Source of the DNA: Eledone cirrhosa | Lineage: Eukaryota | DNA length: 64,000 bases | Reading direction: 5' to 3' | NCBI GenBank assembly: GCA_964016885.1 | Contig: OZ024742.1 | Span: forward strand, 362,762,001 to 362,826,000 | In this document: positions 1 through 11,915 of the stretch, piece after piece | How positions within the stretch are numbered: the first letter of the stretch is position 1 | Layout of the letters: each line of letters starts with the position of its first letter | Program-made: the position numbers and the translations under genes | The notes under the pieces: model-generated | Seen by the model: only the letters and a program-made list of their open reading frames with translations | Database searches by the model: none | What the model was told of the DNA's origin: nothing

Positions 1-267
1 TATGCTCCAAAGTTGATTACCCACATGTGGTTGTATATGTATGTTTATATATAGAGAGAGGGAGTATGCGTATGCTGTGTGTGTAGGTAAATAGAGAGAT
101 TGAATCATTAGCTCTAACAATTTAAATCCAAATCAATTTCTAATCAGACAGCCAGTATTAGTATATATAGGCAATCATGTAGGCACATACACGACAGAGA
201 AACACACACACATACACTCACACATCAGAGGTATGTGTGTGTCTTTCTCTGTTTTGATTGAGTCTAC

Positions 268-353
268 ACTTCTGAGGATCAGATCGATGAAGAAGTCAGG
301 TCTATCGCATCGGTGACGATCTCGGGTCAATCATCTGTGAAATATTTGTAAGG
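268..353 (+). ncRNA. degenerate type I hammerhead ribozyme motif (PLE 3' remnant)
   Basis: CTGAGGA (272-278), T, stem II CAGAT...ATCTG, T, GAAA (339-342), TATTTG, TA. Stem I is only ~3 bp (CTT/AGG). A TA run follows ~35 nt later. Confidence 0.45.
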
Positions 354-1761
354 GTCGAACAACATTTTAACGTGTAACCTATCTCTATATATATCAACAG
401 ATTGATGAAGCACAATAGATGGATATGAACCAAGAGTGCAAATATCTGAACCGAGAGTGCAAATATCACAGCAATGTTTGCCCGACTCGCTAAATTTGCA
501 GCCAATCGACCATCATATTACAATATGAAGGGTTAGTAGGGTCATCCGTTTTGAGATATAGCATGACTTGGGCATTTCAAACCTAGACAGCCAATTCCTG
601 TGTGGCTTCAACCACGGCCCATTTCTTGCAGAGAAATGAAGAGGAAAAATGATATAGAGAGATTGCGGAAGACTTGGCCCCAGAACGAGACTGGTGGTTT
701 ATTTCTGAAAAGCAGATTTCCCTCGATGAGACTAAGAACTAAACACACTGTAAGTCGGAACAAATACCGAGACAGGTTTAACCTGAGTCCCTAAAGGCTC
801 CATTCACCGCATTCATCGCCATAAACTATACTTAATTATCGCTTTATATTAATTAGTTGTTGATTCTCTATAATTTACGAAGAATGGTATGTGTATGTGT
901 ATGTGAGTGAGTATGTGTGTATGTGAGTGTATATGTGTGAGTGTGTGTGAGCGTATGTGCGTGTGTGAGTATGTGTGCTTGTATGCGTGTGTGTGTGAGT
1001 GTATGTGAGTGTGTGTGAGTGTGTGTGAGTGTATGTGAGTGTATGTGTGTGTGTGTGTGTGAGTGTATGTGAGTGGGGGAAGGTGTTTTGAACTTCGGAG
1101 TAAGTTAATATAATTAACGTGAAACTGCATCATATCTCTAATGGTTGTCCACATCTGTTTAATATTGATTCCCTTATAGATACAATGTGTGTAGTAGATT
1201 ATTTCATATAAATATGATTCTGTAATATTCGTGCGCTAACCTACAGTCACCTTATTCATAACAAATGGCTTAAAGTAAGGAAAATTAATTGAAAACTTCT
1301 TCTCCTTATACTACTTATCGATAGTCATAAACAGTTAGTATAATATTTAAATGACGTTTATTGGAAGTCTAAATTGAGAAGACCTAACTTGTAAAATATG
1401 TCGCTTATACAATAAGCCGTCGTCATGTTTCAACACCAACATTTGACCCATGGGTATTTTTAGTTACGTCCACCATGTTACAAGCATTCTGGCTAGGTCT
1501 GTTATTTGAGGTGTCTTCCTTCGCCCCTTAAAACTGTCTCTGAAGCCTTTAAAACAGGCATGGACGCTACACTTCTCTCCTTCATTAAGTATCATCTCAG
1601 AATCCTCATCTATAGCTTCCGGTTCACTAATGCCTTCCTAGCGGAATTTCATACACGAAACTGTCTAAGCCTGTCATGTATATCTCTCTTTCTCTCTCTC
1701 TCTTTCTACCTCTCTCACTCTGCTTCTCTCTCCTCCCTCCCTTTTTCTATCTCTCTCTCTC

Positions 1762-1834
<73 letters not shown>

Positions 1835-1839
<5 letters not shown>

Positions 1840-2040
1840 AACCAGTAAGACCCCGACGGCTGAGCTCAAGCCGTTTCGACGGCTAATTCTGGACTAAATT
1901 TTAGTCCAGAATTAGCCGTCGAAGCGGCTTGAGCTCAGCCGTCGGAGTCTTACTGGTTCCTATTACCCACTCTACTACCCTAAGTATTGAGTACTTTGGC
2001 GCGTTATGGTCCACCTGGTTCCTTACCACATTTCTTTCGT
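1835..2040 (+). mobile_element. short PLE-type 3' fragment with perfect fold-back 5' inversion, between (TA)n tracts
   Basis: 1835-1898 is the near-exact reverse complement of 1901-1963. The right arm continues 77 nt to (TA)n. A related sequence lies at 42154-42214. Confidence 0.6.
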
Positions 2041-2166
<126 letters not shown>

Positions 2167-2559
2167 TGTCTGTGTTTATGTACCGGAATATACTGGTTCG
2201 AGAGAAAAATAAGCTCCATGAAATAAATAGCTGATTTGAAAATCTAAGTAGTCGGGTCTATATGATCGAATAAATAAATGCGATGCTCCAGCACGCGGCC
2301 GGAGTCCAATGAATAAAACCAATAAAATAATACATAAATAAAATAATACTGTGCTAGACACATATCTCTGTTTGTTTACTGAAAATAGAAAAAAAACCGT
2401 TAAATATTAAAACAACGATGAAGATTAAATAAGTAGTTAAAAGAAAGTAATGATGTTTCTGCAGCAGCAGCAGCAACAGCAGCAGCAGCACCAACGACAG
2501 CAGCAACAGCAGCAGCAACGACAACGACAAACCTTCCTAGATTATTATTAGTTTTACCT

Positions 2560-2943
2560 TGAATTAAAACCTGGCATAAATGGGGTTCCTCCGAAGGGTC
2601 TTTAGAGTAACGTTACTCGATAAAGTGCGTAGGTGGGAGTTGAGAGCGTCACTCCAGGTAGAGCCGCTCCTTCTCTGAATCGAGAGATCACAGCTCCGAC
2701 GATATGGAGGACATATGGTTAGAATGTCTCAGGAACGCTGGACATATTTTACAGGCAAATCCAACCGACAGGAGAGCCACGGGTAGACTCCGATCAAGAT
2801 TGTTGGATAACATCCATGAGCTTGCATGGTCTCGTTTGGAGAAGAAGAAGAAGAAGAAGAAGAAGAAGAAGAAGAAGAAGAAGAAGAAGAAGAAGAAGAA
2901 GAAGAAGAAGAAGAAGAAGAAGAAGAAGAAGAAGAAGAAGAAG
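2560..2943 (+). mobile_element. RTE-clade LINE 3' fragment with (GAA)n run
   Basis: Broken frames read ESLQVEPLLL.IERSQL..GHMVRMSQE..ILQANPT.RR..GR.RSR.LDNIHELAWSRL, a typical RTE C-terminus. Same family as 18572-19250. Confidence 0.7.
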
Positions 2944-3294
2944 GGATCTACCAACTGAAGATTCAATAACAATAGTTAATCTGAAATAATTGCAGGTATT
3001 TGATTATTGTTGAGGTTAATTAGCAGCAATCTGACACTGGGTTCTAGGTTTTAACATCCAATCATTGTTGAGGTAATAATTGTTTCTCCCTTTGGTTGAG
3101 GGTCAACAATTTGAAGGGAAGGGAAAGTTATCGACCGCAGTACGTTACTCGAGCTTTATTATATCAACACTGTAAGCATGACAGTTCATCTCGATGGGAT
3201 TCAAATTCAGAAAAGAGGCAGAACAAATACCACAATGTTATTTTATCCGATACTCTACCAATTCTGCCAATCAACCACCCAATAATAATTTTTT

Positions 3295-3480
3295 CTACTT
3301 TTGGCACAATGCCAGCAATTACCCCAGTGTATTACTAATACCTTATTTTATCGACCCCGTAAGGATGAAAGGCAAAGTTAACCTCGGCAGGATTTGAACT
3401 CAGACCATAAAGGGCCGTAACTCTTTGCTGCAAAGCATGGCGTCCGACTCTCTACCGATACTCCTAATCCACCGCCCTAT
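3295..3480 (-). mobile_element. SINE (octopus-type, Meta-like central domain)
   Basis: Reverse strand has GAGTTCAAATCC (B box-like) and CTTTGCCTTTCATCCTTACGGGGTCGATAAAATAA, which recurs many times in the window. Confidence 0.65.
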
Positions 3481-4061
3481 AATAATGTTTTCTCTACTGT
3501 TATTACAAGGCCAGCAATTTGAAGGGAAGTGGAAAAGTCAATTAGGTCGATCCTCGTACGTTTCAGGTATTTTATATTATAGACTCCGTAAGTTTGTCCC
3601 GGTGAGATTCAACAGAGTCTAAAGAGCCAGAACAAATAGAAAGTCGGAATGGTGTAAGGCAAAATAAATTTAGGTTTTGTAACTAGAACCAGAATTCCGT
3701 AAATAAATGCAGCGAACCATTTTGTCCGACAGTCTACTGGTGTTGCAAATTCACTCCCTTCAACAACATCAATAACAACAATCCATTTCTAAACACACCT
3801 ACTCTCGAGTCTCGAGTAATTGCCAAACCCCCACCCAACCACCCACCACGTTTATTAATTTTTCAGGTCTTTTCTAAACTCCAGATCTTATTCCACCCTT
3901 CTTATTAAAGTTTGTTAATCTACCTCCGCTGAAATTTTAGTTTAAGTTGTAGCATTTTAGTTATAATTAATTTTCTTTAGATATTAACTATATACATACA
4001 AATACATACACACACACACGTATATACACATACATACACACACATACACACACACACATAA

Positions 4062-4145
<84 letters not shown>

Positions 4146-4242
4146 CATATATATACATGTTAAAAATATATGACAAACAATTAGAAAAATACATAATCTA
4201 GAAGAAATCCCGACATACACCAACAAAGAAATAGAAACTCAC

Positions 4243-4478
4243 CATATCGAAAATTTGTGTAAATGTCAAACCCATTTTGACAACAACAGCCTTGGAGGCA
4301 TTCTTAACTGGTCGGACCGATCTTTCATATCCCCTGAGAAGGTATGTCATCAGGCGTTGTTCCTCCGTCATCTCCGGTACTTTGAATGGAATGCCGGCAT
4401 AATAATTGTCTTGAGGATTCGGATGAGATTCACTGTTACCTTTTTGCTGATCATCCGTATGATATTTTACTGACAGGC
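4243..4478 (-). CDS. coding exon 2 of a nicotinic acetylcholine receptor-like (Cys-loop ligand-gated ion channel) subunit
   Basis: Acceptor tttttattctag and donor gtgagt; 236 nt, phase 1 to phase 0. Encodes LSVKYHTDDQQKGNSESHPNPQDNYYAGIPFKVPEMTEEQRLMTYLLRGYERSVRPVKNASKAVVVKMGLTFTQIFDM, the EQRL..LL..Y...VRPV...V..GL..QI.D motif of nAChR ligand-binding domains, ending at the conserved intron before DEKNQ. Confidence 0.9.
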
Positions 4479-5096
4479 CTAGAATAAAAAGTGAATTAAA
4501 TAAAATTATACAAAAATAAAAGAAATATTTAAACAGAACTTGTAAACAAGTTTAAGAATAAAAACAAACAGTAACGACAACAACAACAATATTGACATCG
4601 ATGACAACGAGGAGGAAATGGACATCGGCAACATTTCAAAGAAAAATAGTATAATTTATAAAAATGTCTTATTTTACAAAAGACCCAACTCTCAGCATTG
4701 TGTAAGAATGATGTAATAAATTATGTTTATAAAGATATGGAAATCTTCCACTTGAAGACAAACAACACAAAACACGTTAAACCATTGTACTGAGAAACAA
4801 AAGGAGTTCTATATATTGCCTTTAAAAAATATTTGGATCTTTTTATATAATTAATTATATATATATAAGAAAGTAAGTCCATAGAATCATTTGATAAAAT
4901 ATATACAGTATTTATCCTCCCAATCATCATAATTAACCACACAAAACATCAATTAAATGAGGCTATAAGTTTAAAATATACCTATGAAAAACAATAGATA
5001 AATAAATGATAGCTATTTTATCCGCGATCAACAGCCACAGAAGATTTGCCTAGTATTTCTAATAGCCCGTAGAAATTGATTAGACATATAGCCAAC

Positions 5097-5208
5097 CATA
5101 CACAATTCGGTACAAAATCAAAGTTAGAAGAAAAAAATTACATAAACATACCAAAATTATGTTTCTACCCCACGAGGTTTCATTCGCTTTTTGGAAATAT
5201 CCGATCAT
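5097..5208 (-). CDS. probable first coding exon (signal peptide) of the nAChR-like gene
   Basis: MIGYFQKANETSWGRNIILVCLCNFFLLTLILYRIVY-G: a hydrophobic core ending in phase 1 at a GTTGGC donor, in frame with exon 4243-4478 (618-nt intron). An alternative in-frame ATG lies at 5235. Confidence 0.65.
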
Positions 5209-5364
5209 GGATAAATTCACGAGTTTCGAAAGCATCAGGAAACAAACTCAATTAGACAAAGATTTTTCTTAAATGATTCCCGCCAGAAACGAATTCAAAA
5301 TGGCTAAGAATTGTCACATGGCCAGTGGTCAAGTCAGAAAACTCAACCATATGGGAGTATATAA

Positions 5365-5636
5365 AATATATAGGTTTACATACACATAAACTAGACAGAG
5401 CCATAGATATATATATATGTGTTTTTGGCAACCAATCACGGTGTGGCTCAATGACGAATTAATTAATTAAATAATCAGCAACTTTCTTATATATTGCTCT
5501 GATTGTTGATTATTTAATTAATTACTTCGTCATTGAGCCACACCGTGAATGGTTGCCAAAAACATATATCTATATATATATATATATATATCTATGGCTC
5601 TCCCTAGTTTATGTCGGTAAATCTATATATTTTATA
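5365..5636. repeat. inverted repeat (fold-back) with ~115-130 bp arms and ~20-nt loop next to (TA)n
   Basis: TTTTTGGCAACCAATCACGGTGTGGCTCAATGACGAA..TAATTAAATAATCAGCAA versus TTGTTGATTATTTAATTA..TTCGTCATTGAGCCACACCGTGAATGGTTGCCAAAAA. The outer arms also match. Confidence 0.8.
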
Positions 5637-5808
5637 TTTATATATATATATACACACAGATAAATCTACCAATCAATGGTAGGGTCTAAACCGTATGAAG
5701 AACTCAATGTAATCCGTATGAAGATGTGAAGCAAATTTTAAAATACTAAATTTTCAACGATATAATAGAAATATTAAAACAATGAAATTTGTTTAATTTT
5801 ATTGTTTT

Positions 5809-5896
<88 letters not shown>

Positions 5897-5897
5897 C

Positions 5898-5960
<63 letters not shown>

Positions 5961-6180
5961 CACATACATATATGTGTTACATATATGTGTATATATTTTA
6001 GATTTTCTGATAAATTCATTTGTCTATATTGTAATATGAACACACACACGTGTGTGTTCATATTACAATATATACAATTGAACTTATCAGAAAATCTGAT
6101 AGCGTTCAGAAGTCCGATAACGTAACATATAGTGTTATAGAACAATATAATATAGTTATACCTGTACATTTACTAGTTGT

Positions 6181-6470
6181 GAAGGCACGAGGCTTAGTAG
6201 TTAGAGCGTTGAGCTCAGAATCGTGTGATTGTCAGTTCGAATCCCGAACCGTGCAGTCTGTTTTGTTGTGTTCTTCACCAAGACACATTATTTCATGTTG
6301 CTCCAGTTCACTCAGTTGGAGAAATGAGGAAATGAGTTGCGACATAACTTGTGCTGTTACCTTTCCTTTGGGCAACATCGGTGGGGAGGGGAGACTGGTA
6401 TGCATGGGTAAACACAAACTACCTTGCCTTGGATTGTGCTGCGGTGGAGAACTTTTGAGGTTTAAAACCA
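6181..6470 (+). mobile_element. tRNA-derived SINE
   Basis: A-box-like GGCTTAGTAGTTAGAGCG, B-box GTTCGAATCC, then a CAAGACAC core. A related copy lies on the minus strand at ~60590-60830. Confidence 0.65.
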
Positions 6471-6521
6471 TATATATATACTTAGTTTATATATATATAC
6501 TTACTTTATTGGTAAACATCG

Positions 6522-6572
<51 letters not shown>

Positions 6573-6578
<6 letters not shown>

Positions 6579-6980
6579 GAGATAATATACAGAGATAAAC
6601 ACAGATATATACATATATGTGTTCAAATCGTAATTTAACATCCACTGACGAACAATAGAATTGGTAATTCCCTTTCACTTAATTGCGAAGCAGCATTGCC
6701 AAAAGCTGTCTGCATGTACAATTTGATAGCTATCACAATTTCGGTTTGCATTTTTTCTTAATTTATTCGTTTAAATTTAGTCTGGCAAACCGCATTGCTC
6801 ATAGTTAGTATTTTTATCACCCTAGCGAATCTGGTCCCCTACGATTTGAACACATATATGTTTATATCTGTGTTTATCTGTCTTTTATATTCAATTATGT
6901 TACACGGCCCGGAAAACTTTTTTCCTAGAGCTATTTTATTGTAAGAGACTATTTTGAGTTTCTAACTTAATATATACTTT

Positions 6981-6983
<3 letters not shown>
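6573..6983 (+). mobile_element. short non-coding PLE-type element with hammerhead and inverted 5' end
   Basis: 6580-6632 is an inverted copy of 6840-6890. Flanked by (TA)n. A second copy lies at 62824-63433. Confidence 0.7.
6638..6717 (+). ncRNA. type I hammerhead ribozyme with full stem III (GAAA mutated to GAAG)
   Basis: ACATCCA-CTGACGA-ACAAT...ATTGC-GAAG-CAGC attgccaaaa GCTG-TC-TGCATGT. Confidence 0.7.
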
Positions 6984-7024
<41 letters not shown>

Positions 7025-7162
7025 AGTGTAATTTACTACACAAAACGAAGGTTATAGAGAAAATTGAGGTTGGTAATGGCACATGGAATATATAAGAGAC
7101 AGAATACTTTTTTGTGAAAAAACATATAATTTTATAAGGTAAGGAAATAATAAAGTGTATAA

Positions 7163-7210
7163 AAAATGACCGGTTTCGATGGGTCTGCAAAAGCCATCTT
7201 TTCAAATGTT
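7163..7210 (-). ncRNA. minimal hammerhead ribozyme, U3-A8 variant (inverted pLTR copy)
   Basis: Reverse strand reads TTGAAAA-GATGG cttttgcagac CCATC-GAAA-CCGG-TC. Confidence 0.7.
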
Positions 7211-7538
7211 GATTAATATTAAGAAAAATTAATAATAAGAAGAGTTAAAATTTCAGATTTGAAAATTCAAGTATAGAATTCATTGTGGGATTTCATAGTA
7301 GTTTTCATCTTGGTAGCAACTCGTTGACTGCTTCTGGTAGTGAATGAGAAGTTATTTGGGGTGTGGGTTATTTTATAAAGGTCAAGTTTAGCAATGGCCA
7401 GCTGCTGGTCAGTGAGGGGGTGGAAGCAATATACATACATATATCTTCCTGTGCTCGGTAGGAGAGGGGAGATTGATAGAAAGGGATTTAGTGCACTTAC
7501 ACCTATATATACACACATACCTTCATCCACACATACAT

Positions 7539-7599
<61 letters not shown>

Positions 7600-7875
7600 T
7601 ACATACACACACACATATACATATACATACACACATACACACACACATATATATGCACATACACACACATATATATATATATATACACACGCACACACAC
7701 ATATATATAGATACACATACATCCAGATACACACATACATACATACACACACACACACATATATATATATGTGTACATACATATATATACACACATATAC
7801 ATACACATATATATACACACACCCACACATACATACACACACATATATATACATACACACATACACACAAACACA

Positions 7876-7925
<50 letters not shown>

Positions 7926-7936
7926 CACATACACAC

Positions 7937-7989
<53 letters not shown>

Positions 7990-8068
7990 CACATTCGCAT
8001 ACATCCCAATAGACACATACATACACACACACGCACACACACGCACACACAATACATACATCCACATG

Positions 8069-8100
<32 letters not shown>

Positions 8101-8486
8101 TACATACACCCACACACAGAGAAATGGCCTCCAAATATATATATATACATACATACACATATATTGTTTCCATAATATAAGTTAGGGCAGTGAAATTAAA
8201 ATACAAGTCATTCTGATCACATTGAGTTCTTCATGTAGATTGGGCCCCGCAACCGACAGTGGTGAATTCTGTGTGCGCATATATATATATAGATATATGT
8301 GTGTGCACGTGCAGGGTTTAACATGGATGTGTTGGTCACACAAAGGCATGGTCTGTCAACGAATAAACCTGATTCTACAGAATTGGTCTCTGGTCTTTAA
8401 AAGTAGTGATAATTATATACATGCACACATACAAACACATATATCTGTCACTCCGTGCGTATGTGTGTTTATATTTTATGACAATT

Positions 8487-9512
8487 CTATTGGGGTGATA
8501 ACCCGTTTAGTTTTGGTTTAAATTTGTTAAGGAATAGATTTTCTTTGTTTATTCTTTGTTGCTGTGTGAACGAATCTGAGCACTTGTAGAAGGGGAAGAT
8601 TTTAAAGTTGGGTAGTGTCATTCCTGCGCAGTTCGCAATATAGCTGCTCAAGGGGATTTTTCTTGTGCTAGCGTCCCGGATTTGTTGGCGGTGGATGGTC
8701 ATTCTTTTGCGTAATGAGGTGCCCGTCTGTCCTATGTAGTTGTGTTTGCACCCACCGCAAGTTATTGCGTAAATCAAGTTCTCCGAGTTGCAGGTGAAAT
8801 TGTTTTTTACTGTAAATGTTTGGCCATCTTTAAATGTGAATTTTTGTCCTTCCGTGAGGTAGAGGCACGTTCCACAGTTTGTTCTACCAGATTTGGTAAC
8901 TGTAGGGTTGAGGATTGGTTTGGGTATATTTGGTCCAGTGAGAATGCGTTTTAGTGATTTGGGTTGTCTTTTACTTTTAAGGATCTTGTGTGTTTCAAGA
9001 ATAGACTTCATTTTTACATCTTTAAGTAGGATGGGGAGGTTTTTGTGTAGGTGATCAAACATTTCGGTATTTCTGGGGTTGAAAGTGGATACATATGGCA
9101 GGGTGTTGAGTGTGGTTTTCTGTTTTGGATTATTAAGTTGATGGGGATTTAGGTGTTTTGCCCTGTCTATTCCATTGTTGATTATTTCAAGTGGAAAGGC
9201 TCTTAAGATAAGGGTGTCTTTTAGTTCCTTTAGTCTTTGCTCCCGTTTAGGTGGATCTGATACTATGGTACATATACGTTTGGCCAAATTGTAAGGAATG
9301 TTAAGTTTTGTATGTTTTGGGTGACTTGATGTGAAAAAGAGGTATTGCTTGGAATCTGTGGGTTTATAGAATATATCTGTATCTAATTTCCCGTCTATTA
9401 CAGAGATGAGAATATCCAAGAAGGCTAATTCCTTGGGATTGGATTCCATTGTGAATTGTATGTTATTATCTATGTTGTTTATCATGTTTTTAAACATAGT
9501 AAGTGAGTTCAT
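8487..9512 (-). pseudogene. inverted duplicate of PLE RT C-terminus and GIY-YIG endonuclease
   Basis: Translation from MNSLTMFK onward is nearly identical to ORF 12262-14109. The upstream part of the listed ORF is microsatellite. Confidence 0.9.
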
Positions 9513-9581
9513 GTGTGTGTGTGTATGTATGTGTGTATGTATGTGTGTATTTGGATGTATGCGTATGTGTATATGTATATA

Positions 9582-9632
<51 letters not shown>

Positions 9633-9637
9633 ATGTG

Positions 9638-9689
<52 letters not shown>

Positions 9690-9963
9690 TGTGTAAGTGT
9701 GTATGTATATATATGTGTGTGTATGTATGTGTGGGTGTGTGTATATATATGTGTATGTATATGTGTGTATATATATATGTATGTACACATATATATATAT
9801 GTGTGTGTGTGTGTATGTATGTATGTGTGTATCTGGATGTATGTGTATGTATATATATGTGTGTGTGTGTATATATGTATATATATATGTGTGTGTATGT
9901 GCATATATATGTGTGTGTGTATGTGTGTATGTATATGTATATGTGTGTGTGTATGTATGTGTG

Positions 9964-10044
<81 letters not shown>

Positions 10045-10591
10045 ATGTATGTGTGGATGAAGGTATGTGTGTATATATAGGTGTAAGTGCACTAAATCCC
10101 TTTCTATCAATCTCCCCTCTCCTACCGAGCACAGGAAGATATATGTATGTATATTGCTTCCACCCCCTCACCGACCAGCAGCTGGCCATTGCTAAATTTG
10201 ACCTTTATAAAATAACCCACACCCCAAATAACTTCTCATTCACTACCAGAAGCAGTCAACGAGTTGCTACCAAGATGAAAACTACTATGAAATCCCACAA
10301 TGAATTCTATACTTGAATTTTCAAATCTGAAATTTTAACTCTTCTTATTATTAATTTTTCTTAATATTAATCAACATTTGAAAAGATGGCTTTTGCAGAC
10401 CCATCCAAACCGGTCATTTTTTATACACTTTATTATTTCCTTACCTTATAAAATTATATGTTTTTTCACAAAAAAGTATTCTGTCTCTTATATATTCCAT
10501 GTGCCATTACCAACCTCAATTTTCTCTCTAACCTTCGTTTTGTGTAGTAAATTACACTTTTCATATATACTAACCTACGCAAATCCGGAAA

Positions 10592-11915
10592 ATGGCACTG
10601 GAACAAGACAATACAACTTCAAACTCCAATATAAATGAGGAAATCCTGAAAATCCTAAAAGAGATAAATGGAAAACTCACCATTCTGACAAAAAAAACAG
10701 GATATACCCCAAACCACCACACCGACTGACAACCTAATTTATTTAAACGTTCAAAACGTATGCAACTCCATCGAAAAACTTATTAATACCAACACAGAAC
10801 AGACGACATTGCTCCATATCAAAAACCAAATGGGACACCTCTGGAAAAAACATCTAAAAACCAGAAAATTCACTTTCTGGAATATGATACAAAACCTCAA
10901 CAAAGCTGGAATTTACCAAAAATGGATTAACTCAACACCGATAGTTTTACCACGTAAATTCCAAATAAAGCATATTACAAACGAACCTGAACCAGAAAGA
11001 AAACTCCGTGAACAAGTGTCACTCAACAGGATAAACATGGAAATAGAACTCCTAAAACTAAGGGCCACCTCCAACGAGCAAGAGTATAAGGATACTGATA
11101 AAAATATGGAGGAAGAATGCACTAAAAAGGCCGAGGGAACAACCCTACAAAATTTAATCAAATCGTGGAAACAGGACTGCGAGAATGCAGAAATTATTTC
11201 CCTTAAACGGTGGGAAAAATCCGAAAACTGGTTCCTCAAATATGAAGAAGACTTTAAAAGGACGCACCAAACAGGTAACCCCTTTATAAAGCATTTGAAC
11301 ATAACAAGAACTACAACAGACACATTTACACCACCAAACCCAACACACACTAACCACAGGCACATCCCCCACCAACACAAACCAAATACGGCCAACTACA
11401 CCAAAAGAAACACACCCAACCACCACAACACAGGTTTCCGTAGAAATGCCCCCTACATAAACCAACGACGAAATAACATAGATCCAACTCACAACACACA
11501 CACCACATTCCTCAGAAGAAATCCACCCAGACCACTTGAAATCACAACAGAACTTACCCACAACCACACCAGACATCACCCTCAATCCAACAAAAGACAA
11601 CCCCCCAACCTCAACACTCTGCACCACAGAAATAACGCACCCAGACCACATGAACCAACAACAGAACCCTTGCTCATCAACAACCACAACACATACCACC
11701 CCCACCATCACACTCATCCTCATGAAACAACAAGCTACAGACCCACACGCAACAGACCAACAAAATATAATCACACACAAAACTACATTCCTTTTTTAGG
11801 GAAAAGCCTGAAATACCAGGATACTCGATGCCCCCCACCCCCCTCAGGAGAAACCAAAAATAATCAACCTCTCAAAGACACCTCTAACCAACACACAAAT
11901 CAACATTTTAAGTAA
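10592..11915 (+). pseudogene. PLE upstream ORF1 (helical N-terminus, H/T/N/P-rich tail) with a 1-nt frameshift in an A run near 10690-10698
   Basis: The ATG at 10592 (MALEQDNTT...) joins ORF 10809-11915 if one A is removed. It lies between the pLTR and the RT. Confidence 0.65.

Noticed and set aside
4310-4355. Hammerhead-like CTGATGA...GAAA on the minus strand
   Set aside because: It lies inside the nAChR coding exon, and stems I and III do not pair. Coincidental.
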